IMG/VR virus record: IMGVR_UViG_3300031673_000001
Source: a virus
Lineage: Duplodnaviria > Caudoviricetes
Length of the DNA stretch: 64,000 bases
Reading direction: 5' to 3' (one strand)
The notes below the pieces were generated by a model. That model was not told the DNA's origin and did no database searches. It saw only the letters and a program-made list of their open reading frames with translations. The position numbers and the translations under genes were made by a program. Shown here one piece after another: positions 8,809 through 18,308 of the stretch. Numbering within the stretch: the first letter of the stretch is position 1; every line of letters begins with the position of its first letter.

Positions 8809-9711
8809 TTGAAATTGGATAGTTTAACAATAATTGGAACTGGAACATTAGGAGCACATCTTTGTAAACATCTTGCTGAAAGTTCAGAAATAAGTAAGTT
8901 AATATTAATTGATGCTGATACAGTTGATTCAAAAGACATATCTATTGGTATTTTTAAACAAGTAGATATTTGTCAACCAAAAGTACATGTATTGCATGAT
9001 ATGTTTTCTACTTATGATACTGAAATTGAACCAAGGGTAGAGTTTTATAAAGATGGTATTACACAATTAGCACCAACCGACCTTATAATTGATTGCAGAA
9101 ATGTGTTTGGAAAAAGGGATATTAACATTGATTTAAAAATGTTTATAACAGAAAGGATTTTAATATTAGATTTTGAAAAGAGATTTAAAAATGAAAGTCA
9201 ATTAAAAGGAGAGTACTCCTATAAGTTATCAAAACATGAAATAAGTACAGCTGCTCATTATGCTACAAATTTAATATTATGTAGCAATATTCTAGAAGAG
9301 TTATTAAAAAGTCAATCAGTTAAATGTATTCATATTGATACAATTAAGTCAATAATATTACAGAATATATGCAGTTCAAAACAAAGATATGATATAGTTT
9401 ATGATCTAGATAAGGATGTGGAAAGATTACCACGGATTCATGAAGTTATACAACCAATACTAAAAAAGAATAGAACATCTAATTTAAAGTTGGCAGTCAA
9501 AGAAAGAAGCTCAATTGCTAAAAATATTTTTGAATTTCCAGATGCACCTAAAACAAAATATCAAATAATACCACAAAATAGTTTAAGACAACCAGAAGAT
9601 GTAATTAATTTTTTGAAAAAAATAGTTCAAACTAAAAACGGAACTTCGAAACTTAGACCGGTTCTTATACATGATGAAATTTATATTTTGTCAGAAACAG
9701 GAGGTGCATAA
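8809..9711 (+). CDS. Second, degenerate ThiF/E1-like protein
   Basis: TTG start after AGGAG; IIGTGTLG, LIDAD, Q-PK; N..RQ replaced by KDISIG and DxxD by DCRN. Confidence 0.7.
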   Translation: MKLDSLTIIGTGTLGAHLCKHLAESSEISKLILIDADTVDSKDISIGIFKQVDICQPKVHVLHDMFSTYDTEIEPRVEFYKDGITQLAPTDLIIDCRNVFGKRDINIDLKMFITERILILDFEKRFKNESQLKGEYSYKLSKHEISTAAHYATNLILCSNILEELLKSQSVKCIHIDTIKSIILQNICSSKQRYDIVYDLDKDVERLPRIHEVIQPILKKNRTSNLKLAVKERSSIAKNIFEFPDAPKTKYQIIPQNSLRQPEDVINFLKKIVQTKNGTSKLRPVLIHDEIYILSETGGA

Positions 9712-9712
9712 T

Positions 9713-10177
9713 ATGATTCATCACAATGTAACTATATGTGGAACCGGAAATATTCCATCCACGAATTATGATTTTTACTTTGAAAAAATAATTCCAAAGT
9801 TTACTTTACAAAATAAAACTTATCGACAAATAATCAATATACATAAAATTTATCATTTAGAAGGATTTTGTATTAAAACATACGATACTAAATTAAAAAA
9901 AGTTATGGTATATGGATGGCATCCTAATGTAGATTCTAAAACAAATGAACTTTGTTTATCCAATGATCTACAAGGACAATATGTTCTGGATATTGAAAAT
10001 CTGAAGAATCTATTAATTAGTATGCTTGAAGTTTACAACCTTGATGAATGTTATAATACACCAATTGCCAATCTTTATGAAACAAAAAATGTTGATGCTC
10101 AAGGACAACCATTCTACTTTAATCTTATGAAAGGAATTATATACAATGAACAATCATCCATTAGATCAATATATTGA
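9713..10177 (+). CDS. Ubiquitin-conjugating enzyme E2-like protein (UBC fold)
   Basis: HPNVDSKTNELCL matches the E2 active-site HPN(x7-8)CL; downstream LLISML..NLD helix. Start moved to ATG 9713, 7 nt after GGAGGT. Confidence 0.72.
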   Translation: MIHHNVTICGTGNIPSTNYDFYFEKIIPKFTLQNKTYRQIINIHKIYHLEGFCIKTYDTKLKKVMVYGWHPNVDSKTNELCLSNDLQGQYVLDIENLKNLLISMLEVYNLDECYNTPIANLYETKNVDAQGQPFYFNLMKGIIYNEQSSIRSIY

Positions 10178-10397
10178 AAATAGAATTAAAGAATATGTTA
10201 GGAATAATGAGACAATTATAAAAAAACAAGATGCACAAGTTATTATTAATACCTTAATGCCATTAGTTGATGAGATAATAGCAGATAAGGTAAAGCAGCA
10301 TTTAAAATTTATAGCACAATATTTAATAGATTCACTTAAATCAAAAGAGGAGAAACCAGTAGATGCCAAAGATACTGAACTATCAACAGTTTTGTGA
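10146..10397 (+). CDS. Hypothetical helical protein
   Basis: 83-aa ORF overlapping both neighbours, AAGGA SD. Confidence 0.6.
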   Translation: MNNHPLDQYIENRIKEYVRNNETIIKKQDAQVIINTLMPLVDEIIADKVKQHLKFIAQYLIDSLKSKEEKPVDAKDTELSTVL

Positions 10398-13044
10398 ACA
10401 ACTAGAAGAAGTTACATCCTTAAAAGTAATAGCAAAAAAGAAATTTCACCCTGATGGTCTATTCTCCGAGCAAATTTTTGGACCAGTTAAAAATTACACT
10501 TGTCAATGTGGAATATATTATGGACCATCCAATGTAAAAACTGGTAGTAAATGTAATCTATGTAAGGTAGATATTGTTAATAGTGATGTAAGACGAACAA
10601 GATTTGCAAAAATTATATTACCGTTTCCAATAATAAATCCTTTATTTTATGATCTATTAAATGAAATTGGTGGAAAGAGTATAAAATCAGCTTTAGATGA
10701 CTTAATGAAAAATGAAAAAAGTTATATGTATATTGATGGTCTGGAGCATGTAGTTGCTAGTGAAGATATTAGACCAAGCGGAGTAGAAATCTATGAAAGA
10801 ACAGATGCAATTTATAAACTAATTTATGATGTTTCTAAAGGACTATCAGATGAAGGAATAGAAGACTGGAAAATTATCTCAGAGAATATTGATAATCTTT
10901 TAATAAATCAAATAATTGTATTACCTCCCGATCTAAGACCTGTATCAAGAGGTGGGGCGGGAAAGCATTTAATGGATAAAATTAATAGATACTATGTTCA
11001 GATTCTAACTAATAAAACTTTAATGCATGGTACAAATATAAATGTTCAAAGAGATAAAAATTTATACTATACATATTTTAAACAGATACAGAAAAATGCG
11101 AATGAGTTATATAGCAGAATACTTGAAAAAATGGCAAAGAAAGAAGGTCTAATACGTGGAAATATTTTAGGGAAGAGAATAGATTTTTCAGGTCGAGCGG
11201 TAATAACCCCTGATCCTTCTCTTTTATTAAATGAATGTAAACTTCCATACTTTATGGCATTGGAAATATTTAAACTTCCAATTGCAAAACGAATAATTGA
11301 AATAGGAAGATTTAAATTATTAAACGATGCATTAGACTTTGTTGATAACTGTATTGAATTTAGAAAACCTGACCTTTTTAAAATATGTAAAGATACAGTT
11401 GAAGGTGAGATATGTATATTAAATAGACAACCATCTTTACATAGACTTGGAATGCTAGGTTTTAAAATTCTAATTACATCGGATCAAGTTATTAAAATTC
11501 ATCCATTAGTCTGTGCTCCATTTAATGCCGATTTTGATGGAGATCAAATGGCAATCTATATTCCTATTACAGAAGAAGCTAAACAAGAAATAATTGAAAG
11601 AATGTTACCTTCTCGTAATTTGAGCAGTCCATCAAATGAAAATTTAACAACTACCCCAAGTCAAGATATTATATTAGGAATTTATTTTTTAACTACAGGC
11701 GTATTCGATGGTCAACTGGATGATCAAACTGGTTTAAGTATTTTTAATGATGCACTACCAGATAATTATCCAAAAATTAATGAGTTAGTAAATGAAAAGA
11801 AACTTTTATACATTTTAAATGATATAAAAGATAGTTATCCAGCTGATGAAGTTATTAAAGTTTTGGATAGAATTAAAACAATTGGTTTTACATATGCAAC
11901 ACTATTTGGTTGTACTATGTCATTAGAAAATTTTCAATCAAAAGAACTAACAGATTTAAGAGATGCAATATATTTAAAAAGTACAATTAGAGAACAATTA
12001 ATAGCTCTATCAAATAAGGGCATTATACAAACTCTAAGAAATAGTTTTGAATATGCATATATGATTGAATCTGGTGCTAGAGGAAGCTGGGATCAAGTGA
12101 AACAGATTATAATGTCCAGAGGATTTGTATCTAACTTTGATGGAGAAATTCTGCCGATTCCTATTAAACATAATTTAGTTGAAGGATTAACTGAAAAAGA
12201 GTTTTTCTACTCAACATATGGATGCCGAAAAGGACTTCTTGATATTGCATTAAATACAGGAACATCAGGTTATCTTTCCAGAAAGTTAATTTTTACTTGC
12301 GCTAATCTTCAAATTGATACAGAATTAGATGACTGTGGCACAACTGATCTCCTTGAAGTTTATGTTAAAACTAAAAGAAAAGCAAGAATGCTAGTTAATA
12401 GATATCAACGAGTTAAAGAAAATTTAGAAGTTATTACTAAAGAAAATTATAAAGATATAATTGGAAAAACAATTTGGATTCGAAGTCCTATATTATGTAA
12501 GTCTCCAAAGTTATGTAATAAATGCTATGGTGACTTATATAAAAGATTAAATAGTCGCTTTGTTGGTATAATTGCTGCGCAAACTCTTGGTGAACGAGGA
12601 ACTCAATTAGTTTTAAGAACTTTTCATACATCAGGATCAGCTATTATACAAGGCGAAGGTTTAGAGGATGAATCATTGAAACAGAAAGATATTATTGGAG
12701 ATTTAGCAACTGTATCACAGCTTCTTCACAAATTTAAAAATAAAACATACACAGATATAGTTGAAGAATTATTTGAAGTGTATAATAAAGATATCTATCA
12801 TGTCCATTATGAATGTGTTGTTGCTCAATTAATGTGGAAAGGATTTGAAAAATGGAGACTTATAAAAGATAGACATCTAATAACACCAGATTATTATTCA
12901 ATTCAATCAGTTCCGAACCGTGAAAGTTGGATATTAGCAATGGCATTCTCAAATCCAAAAAGAAGTATTTTGCAAGGAATTTTAAATCAAGGAAAATATT
13001 CAGGTATAATGGATAAAATTTTAAAAGGAGAAATTATATCATGA
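10363..13044 (+). CDS. rpoC: Phage multisubunit RNA polymerase beta' subunit (unsplit, compact)
   Basis: Catalytic NADFDGD; CQCG/CNLC zinc finger; RIDFSGRAVI; LNRQPSLH; trigger loop GERGTQLVLRTFH; GYLSRKL. Confidence 0.97.
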   Translation: MPKILNYQQFCEQLEEVTSLKVIAKKKFHPDGLFSEQIFGPVKNYTCQCGIYYGPSNVKTGSKCNLCKVDIVNSDVRRTRFAKIILPFPIINPLFYDLLNEIGGKSIKSALDDLMKNEKSYMYIDGLEHVVASEDIRPSGVEIYERTDAIYKLIYDVSKGLSDEGIEDWKIISENIDNLLINQIIVLPPDLRPVSRGGAGKHLMDKINRYYVQILTNKTLMHGTNINVQRDKNLYYTYFKQIQKNANELYSRILEKMAKKEGLIRGNILGKRIDFSGRAVITPDPSLLLNECKLPYFMALEIFKLPIAKRIIEIGRFKLLNDALDFVDNCIEFRKPDLFKICKDTVEGEICILNRQPSLHRLGMLGFKILITSDQVIKIHPLVCAPFNADFDGDQMAIYIPITEEAKQEIIERMLPSRNLSSPSNENLTTTPSQDIILGIYFLTTGVFDGQLDDQTGLSIFNDALPDNYPKINELVNEKKLLYILNDIKDSYPADEVIKVLDRIKTIGFTYATLFGCTMSLENFQSKELTDLRDAIYLKSTIREQLIALSNKGIIQTLRNSFEYAYMIESGARGSWDQVKQIIMSRGFVSNFDGEILPIPIKHNLVEGLTEKEFFYSTYGCRKGLLDIALNTGTSGYLSRKLIFTCANLQIDTELDDCGTTDLLEVYVKTKRKARMLVNRYQRVKENLEVITKENYKDIIGKTIWIRSPILCKSPKLCNKCYGDLYKRLNSRFVGIIAAQTLGERGTQLVLRTFHTSGSAIIQGEGLEDESLKQKDIIGDLATVSQLLHKFKNKTYTDIVEELFEVYNKDIYHVHYECVVAQLMWKGFEKWRLIKDRHLITPDYYSIQSVPNRESWILAMAFSNPKRSILQGILNQGKYSGIMDKILKGEIIS

Positions 13045-13220
13045 GAAGTTCAAAAAGAATACCTGAAATGTTAAGAATAATATCGAAGGTTTGGTATACA
13101 TATCCAGACCTTCGATTGGGGCAACTAATATTAAATGGTTGTCCAACTGATGAAGGATTATATTATATGGAAGATGAAGATCTTCTAGAAAATTTAAAAA
13201 GATCTTATAAGGAGGAGTAA
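13041..13220 (+). CDS. Small conserved-type phage protein (59 aa) not in the ORF track
   Basis: MRSSKRIPEMLRIISKVWYTYPDLRLGQLILN...EDEDLLENLKRSYKEE*; ATGA overlap with the beta' stop; its 3' end carries the AGGAGG SD of beta. Confidence 0.8.
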   Translation: MRSSKRIPEMLRIISKVWYTYPDLRLGQLILNGCPTDEGLYYMEDEDLLENLKRSYKEE

Positions 13221-13223
13221 ACT

Positions 13224-16200
13224 TTGAAATTAATTAATCCAGTTTTCAAAATACAAGATCCTAACAACAATATCTTCACGATTCGAAAAAAAGATCAAGA
13301 TCAACTCTTAACAGTAACAAGACAAATACTTCAACCTGCAATAGATTTAGGATTTACATTAAATGAACTTACTTTAAAAGATTCTAGATTTTCATCTGGA
13401 GAATTATCGAAAACAGTTAAACAAACCCTTGCAATTAAATTACAAAAAGGAACTTCTAATATTGATTTAAGTTTACAGATTCCTAAATTGGTTGATAATA
13501 ATTATATAGTAATTAATGGTCGTAGGAAAATTCCTCTCTTTCAATTATTTGATATTCCAATTGTAACTAGAGGAGAAAATATTAAGTTACGAACTAATGT
13601 AGCAACCCTAATGATTGTAAAAGATAGAGATCCGCCATTTGTTAAAGTTAGTTTTTTAGGAAAAAAGATTCCTCTATCAATACTATTATATGCATATTAT
13701 GGAATTGATGAGATGATAAAAAATAAAGAGTTTGATCTTATAAATGTTAAAATTGAGGATTTAGATCCAGAAAACTTAATGGATTTATTAATAAAAGATT
13801 GTAAACTCATATATAATGATCTACAAACAAATATGACACAAGATGATTTTATTCTAGAAATTGGAAGGGTTTATTCAAAATATAATTCCAAATCTAAAGG
13901 TCATGACATTGTTTATGCTTTAGATTTAATTCCACAGGTTGATATATTTACAAGATCTTTCTTAACAACTGGATCATTATTAGGAGAATTAATTCTAACA
14001 ATTAAGACTGGGGATGTAGATGATATATTATTTACAAATAAGAGAGTTAGATGTTTTGAATATATGATTTTTTCAAAGCTATCAAAAATTATATTTGATT
14101 TATGTTTTTCAAATAGATCAACCAAGCAACCGAAATTTAATACAAATTCAACTCAAATATTAAGTGAATGTAATGTTTCGGATATTGTTCAATTTGATTT
14201 TTCAATCAATCCTATTGAGGAATTAACAAAGTTATCAAGAATAAGTCTCTTGGGTCCTGGTGGATTTAAAAGAGAGAATATACCAAAGCATTTAAGGGAT
14301 ATATGCCCTACGATGTTTGGTCGTATATGCCCAGTAGACACCCCAGATCGCGATAACTGCGGCGTTCTACAAAACTTGATACCTAATGTCAAATTGGATG
14401 ATCAACTACGCTTCTCTGATGATATATGCGAGCATCAACCTATTTCAATACCTGTATCATTCACCCCATTCTGTGAACATGATGATCAGACAAGATTACA
14501 AATGGCAGCATCACAAATGAGACAAGCGATTATGCTAAAAGAATTTGATCAACCAATGATCAAGTCTGGTTGTGAAGGTTTATATACAGATCATACACAA
14601 TTTATTAAACGTGCAAAAAAGAATGGTGAGGTTGTTCATATTGATGAAAAATATTTAATGGTTGTATATGAAGATAGAATAGTTGATATTTTTGATATCT
14701 CATTTAGAAATATTTATGTTGAACACATGGATACCATGAAATTATATGTTAACGTTGGAGATAAATTTAAAACTGGAGACATATTAGCTGAAAGTAATTT
14801 TATTCAAAATGGTGATATTACTTTTGGTAAAAACTTATTAACAGGAGTAATGATTTATTATGGTCATAATTATGAGGATGGTATTATTATATCTGATAGA
14901 TTAGTAAAAACTAATACTTTTACATCAGTTCATTTTAAGGATCTATCATTTACAATTCCTCCAAATAAAGTTTTATTAACTTTGTCAAACGATGAATATA
15001 AACCATTACCAGATCCTCTTGAACTAATTAAAATAGGAAATCCATATGCAATTTTGAAAACTCTCTCATCAGAAGATTTATACTCTGTTTGGATAGAACC
15101 TATACGATTAGAAGCAGAGAAAACATATATTATACCAAGTGTAAAGATATATGCAAATGAATGGAATCAAGACATACCTGAATATAAAGAATGGGTAGAA
15201 AAAACAATTAAAAAACAGAAAGAAAAACAGACAGGTTTGAGAGAAATGATTAAAGAAAAGTTACCAAGAGATCTTGCTGTAAAATTTATAAGAGAAAAAG
15301 ATCTAGAACTATTCTCATTCATTGGTAAATATAAAAATAAAAAAGAAAAAATAAATGGTATTTATGTAGAAATGTCTGGAATTCATTTAAGATCAATTCA
15401 GGTTGGAGATAAAATTGCAAATAGGCATGGTAATAAAGGAGTTATATCCAGAATATTACCGCATGAAATGATGCCACAATTAGAAGATGGAAGACATCTC
15501 GATATATGTTTAAATCCATTAGGAATAATTTCTCGTATGAATATTGGTCAGTTATTTGAGTTACATCTATCTATGTCATTATATGACTTACAAAAAACTA
15601 TATCTAAAATGTTAGTAGATGAAAAATCACAGGATGAGATCAAACAATATTTAATTAACTATATTAAAATTATTGATAAGACAAAAGAAGGATGGTATCA
15701 AAAACAATTTATTGAACAGCTTCCAGATATTATTGATTCTAAGTTTATTGAATCACTAACACTAATACAACCACCATTTGAATCTTGTCATATAGAAGAT
15801 TTAGAAAAAGCATTAAAATATACTGAAACAAATTTCGCATATGATATATATGATCCTATTCCAAGAAAGAATTTATTAAAACCAATTGCAGTTGGTTATA
15901 TGTATTTTTTAAGAATGGTTCATATAGCAGAAGAAAAGTTAGCATCTAGAGGAATTGGTTCATATGCAAAACGAACTCTGCAACCATTAGGCGGAAGAAA
16001 AAATAAAGGTGGTCAAAGATGTGGAGAAATGGAAACAGCATGTATTATTGGTCATGATTGCCCAAAAAATTTATTTGAGTTTTTAACAACCAAATCAGAT
16101 TGTATAGATTTGAAAAACGATTATATTAGAAGCTATATAAATACTGGAAGATCAACAAATGAGCAAAAAATAGAACTAAATCCAATGCCAGAGTCTGTTA

Positions 16201-16265
16201 AATTATTAAACTCTTATCTAACAGTGTTGGGGGTAGATTACAATGACAACGTACAATCACAATGA
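13224..16265 (+). CDS. rpoB: Phage multisubunit RNA polymerase beta subunit (unsplit)
   Basis: GRICPVDTPD..NCG, RLQMAASQMRQA, GDKIANRHGNKGVI, NPLGIISRMN.GQ, GGQRCGEME; TTG start. Confidence 0.97.
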   Translation: MKLINPVFKIQDPNNNIFTIRKKDQDQLLTVTRQILQPAIDLGFTLNELTLKDSRFSSGELSKTVKQTLAIKLQKGTSNIDLSLQIPKLVDNNYIVINGRRKIPLFQLFDIPIVTRGENIKLRTNVATLMIVKDRDPPFVKVSFLGKKIPLSILLYAYYGIDEMIKNKEFDLINVKIEDLDPENLMDLLIKDCKLIYNDLQTNMTQDDFILEIGRVYSKYNSKSKGHDIVYALDLIPQVDIFTRSFLTTGSLLGELILTIKTGDVDDILFTNKRVRCFEYMIFSKLSKIIFDLCFSNRSTKQPKFNTNSTQILSECNVSDIVQFDFSINPIEELTKLSRISLLGPGGFKRENIPKHLRDICPTMFGRICPVDTPDRDNCGVLQNLIPNVKLDDQLRFSDDICEHQPISIPVSFTPFCEHDDQTRLQMAASQMRQAIMLKEFDQPMIKSGCEGLYTDHTQFIKRAKKNGEVVHIDEKYLMVVYEDRIVDIFDISFRNIYVEHMDTMKLYVNVGDKFKTGDILAESNFIQNGDITFGKNLLTGVMIYYGHNYEDGIIISDRLVKTNTFTSVHFKDLSFTIPPNKVLLTLSNDEYKPLPDPLELIKIGNPYAILKTLSSEDLYSVWIEPIRLEAEKTYIIPSVKIYANEWNQDIPEYKEWVEKTIKKQKEKQTGLREMIKEKLPRDLAVKFIREKDLELFSFIGKYKNKKEKINGIYVEMSGIHLRSIQVGDKIANRHGNKGVISRILPHEMMPQLEDGRHLDICLNPLGIISRMNIGQLFELHLSMSLYDLQKTISKMLVDEKSQDEIKQYLINYIKIIDKTKEGWYQKQFIEQLPDIIDSKFIESLTLIQPPFESCHIEDLEKALKYTETNFAYDIYDPIPRKNLLKPIAVGYMYFLRMVHIAEEKLASRGIGSYAKRTLQPLGGRKNKGGQRCGEMETACIIGHDCPKNLFEFLTTKSDCIDLKNDYIRSYINTGRSTNEQKIELNPMPESVKLLNSYLTVLGVDYNDNVQSQ

Positions 16266-16638
16266 TGTTATTAAACAGATATGGACTAGTGCTGTATGGA
16301 CTGGTGATACAACAAATACTACATCAGTTTCAATGTCATCATATACTGATTATTATTCAACAAATTCTTTAAAGAGAATTGTCGTAAAATTAAGTGAAGA
16401 AATAGTTCAAGAAGCATTAGACAAAACAGAAGAAAAACATATCAAACCTGATCCTATCCCTATTACTTTAGAAACTGTTAAATTTAATCCAGAAAATTTA
16501 TGGAGTGAATCAAAATGCTTAAAACAGAATATTGTTCAATCTGTAAAGAAGAAATTACTATTAGATATCATATTCCAGATAAAAACTTTAAAATTGAAAA
16601 GGGAAAAATCGTTAGGGACGATATTCACAAAGGAATGA
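16243..16638 (+). CDS. Hypothetical protein
   Basis: ORF coupled to the beta stop; its last ~40 codons overlap the next gene. Confidence 0.5.
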   Translation: MTTYNHNDVIKQIWTSAVWTGDTTNTTSVSMSSYTDYYSTNSLKRIVVKLSEEIVQEALDKTEEKHIKPDPIPITLETVKFNPENLWSESKCLKQNIVQSVKKKLLLDIIFQIKTLKLKREKSLGTIFTKE

Positions 16639-16760
16639 TTTTTGATAATCCAATATTATTATTTCAATGTTCAAATGATAGTGAACATAAACTTCTTGTA
16701 TTAGATGAATGGAAAGTAGCTATTGCAGAAGAATTTTATAGAGGAGCATATTATGAATGA
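16515..16760 (+). CDS. Small putative zinc-binding protein
   Basis: CSIC ... C.ND.EH; GGAG SD upstream of ATG. Confidence 0.6.
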   Translation: MLKTEYCSICKEEITIRYHIPDKNFKIEKGKIVRDDIHKGMIFDNPILLFQCSNDSEHKLLVLDEWKVAIAEEFYRGAYYE

Positions 16761-17610
16761 TAACGAATGTCTTCCAGATATACAATGTACAGAACCAGCA
16801 TTACAAATTCCTATCAAGCAAGTTGGAGTTGAAAATGTTGTGGTTCCTTTTAGTTTAGAATCTAAAAATGGTGGATTTCATAATTTGACAGCAAACGTCA
16901 CTATGATGACTAATTTAGATCATACAACAAAAGGAATCTCAATGTCTAGATTATTATTAACATTAAAACCATATTTGGAACTTCCATTAAAAAGTAAATT
17001 AATAAAAGAAATAATTAAAAAGATGTTAGAAAACGTTGGTGGTTCATCAGCATTTATGAGATTTAAATTTAGACTACCAAGAATTCGAGAATCCATTAAA
17101 ACAAAAAATTCATTTCCAATCTATTATAAATGTAAGTTTGAGGGACAGATATTTAAAAAAGAATTATATGAAGAATTTAGATTCTTTCAAGGGGTTACAG
17201 TTCAATATGCATCATATTGCCCATGTTCCGCAGAACTATGCAGCGTATTAAATGAAAGAGGATTTCCTCATAATCAAAGATCATTTGCGCAAATCTTAAC
17301 AGAAATAGATACTAAATCTCATTATGTTTGGTTAGAAGATATTATTGATGCAGTCGAAAATAATATACACACCTTACCATATCCAGTAATTAAAAGAATT
17401 GATGAACAAGAGATAGCAAGAATTGCAGCAAAGAATCCAATGTTTGTAGAAGATGCAATTAGAATAATATCTAATTCTGTTGATAAAATACCAGGTGTGA
17501 TAGATTGGGTTGTAAAATGTATTCATGAAGAATCAATACATACTTCTGAAGCAGTAGCAGTCAATTGGAAAGGAACTTTAAATGGATTTGATGGAAGGCG
17601 TTACATATGA
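16753..17610 (+). CDS. folE2: GTP cyclohydrolase I, type IB (FolE2/MptA family)
   Basis: IPIKQVGV, KGISMSRL, YASYCPCS, PHNQRS, NPMFVED..R, EESIH.SEA; start placed at ATG 16753 after GAGGAG. Confidence 0.93.
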   Translation: MNDNECLPDIQCTEPALQIPIKQVGVENVVVPFSLESKNGGFHNLTANVTMMTNLDHTTKGISMSRLLLTLKPYLELPLKSKLIKEIIKKMLENVGGSSAFMRFKFRLPRIRESIKTKNSFPIYYKCKFEGQIFKKELYEEFRFFQGVTVQYASYCPCSAELCSVLNERGFPHNQRSFAQILTEIDTKSHYVWLEDIIDAVENNIHTLPYPVIKRIDEQEIARIAAKNPMFVEDAIRIISNSVDKIPGVIDWVVKCIHEESIHTSEAVAVNWKGTLNGFDGRRYI

Positions 17611-18308
17611 TTACAATTTCAATTTCATATGGTTTTGGTAAGAATAATAGATATAATATTGAAACTATACCAAAGAATATCCAACTCGCAATATATAAAT
17701 ATGAAGAGTTTTTAGAATCTAACTTAAAGATATTACACGAAAATAATATAAATGTAAATGTAGTTCATCTTCCTTTAGATACTCTTAAAAAAGACCAATA
17801 TGAAATGATAGAGTTTATGAATGCCTTGCGCTATAAAATAGGTGTAAAAAAGTTTGTAATTCATCCAAACAAAACGATTAAATCTTTTGTTGAATACTGG
17901 ATGAGTTTTCAGGCGAAAGACCCAACATATCAATTATGTATTGAGAACTTTCAATGGAGGATGAAAAAAGAATTAAAATCTCCATTAGAAATATTAGAAT
18001 ATTGTATTACATATCCTAATCATATAAAAATGTGTTTGGATACATCTCATACAGAAGAAATCTGGTTGGATCATAAAATATTAAATACCTTGCTTCGCTA
18101 TGTTTCAGTTATACACTTATCAAATAGACAAGGAAAAAAACAACATATGCCATTTAACTCAAGCAAGGGAGATTTAAATTTAATGGCATTTGTTAATAAC
18201 CTAAAATTTGTTAAATGGAGTGGCGATATTGTATTAGAATATATGCCAGAACATCAGCACAAATTATTTAAAAACTATCAATTTCTAAGGGAGATAATGG
18301 ATGGATAG
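17607..18308 (+). CDS. TIM-barrel metalloenzyme, AP-endonuclease-2/xylose isomerase-like
   Basis: VHLP, VIHP, CIEN, CLDTSH, IHLSN, HMP, VLEY metal-ligand pattern. Confidence 0.82.
   Translation: MITISISYGFGKNNRYNIETIPKNIQLAIYKYEEFLESNLKILHENNINVNVVHLPLDTLKKDQYEMIEFMNALRYKIGVKKFVIHPNKTIKSFVEYWMSFQAKDPTYQLCIENFQWRMKKELKSPLEILEYCITYPNHIKMCLDTSHTEEIWLDHKILNTLLRYVSVIHLSNRQGKKQHMPFNSSKGDLNLMAFVNNLKFVKWSGDIVLEYMPEHQHKLFKNYQFLREIMDG

Noticed and set aside
9694-9711. Pseudo-E1 ends ...ETGG-A, like a masked ubiquitin di-glycine
   Set aside because: The GG codons (GGAGGT) are exactly the Shine-Dalgarno of the next gene, 7 nt before ATG 9713, which explains them. Conservation in homologs with a different SD would be needed to revive the idea.
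10363-16265. Cellular (bacterial) rpoBC locus
   Set aside because: Reversed order, shortened subunits, no ribosomal-protein neighbours, and terminase, sheath and baseplate genes in the same contig indicate a phage.
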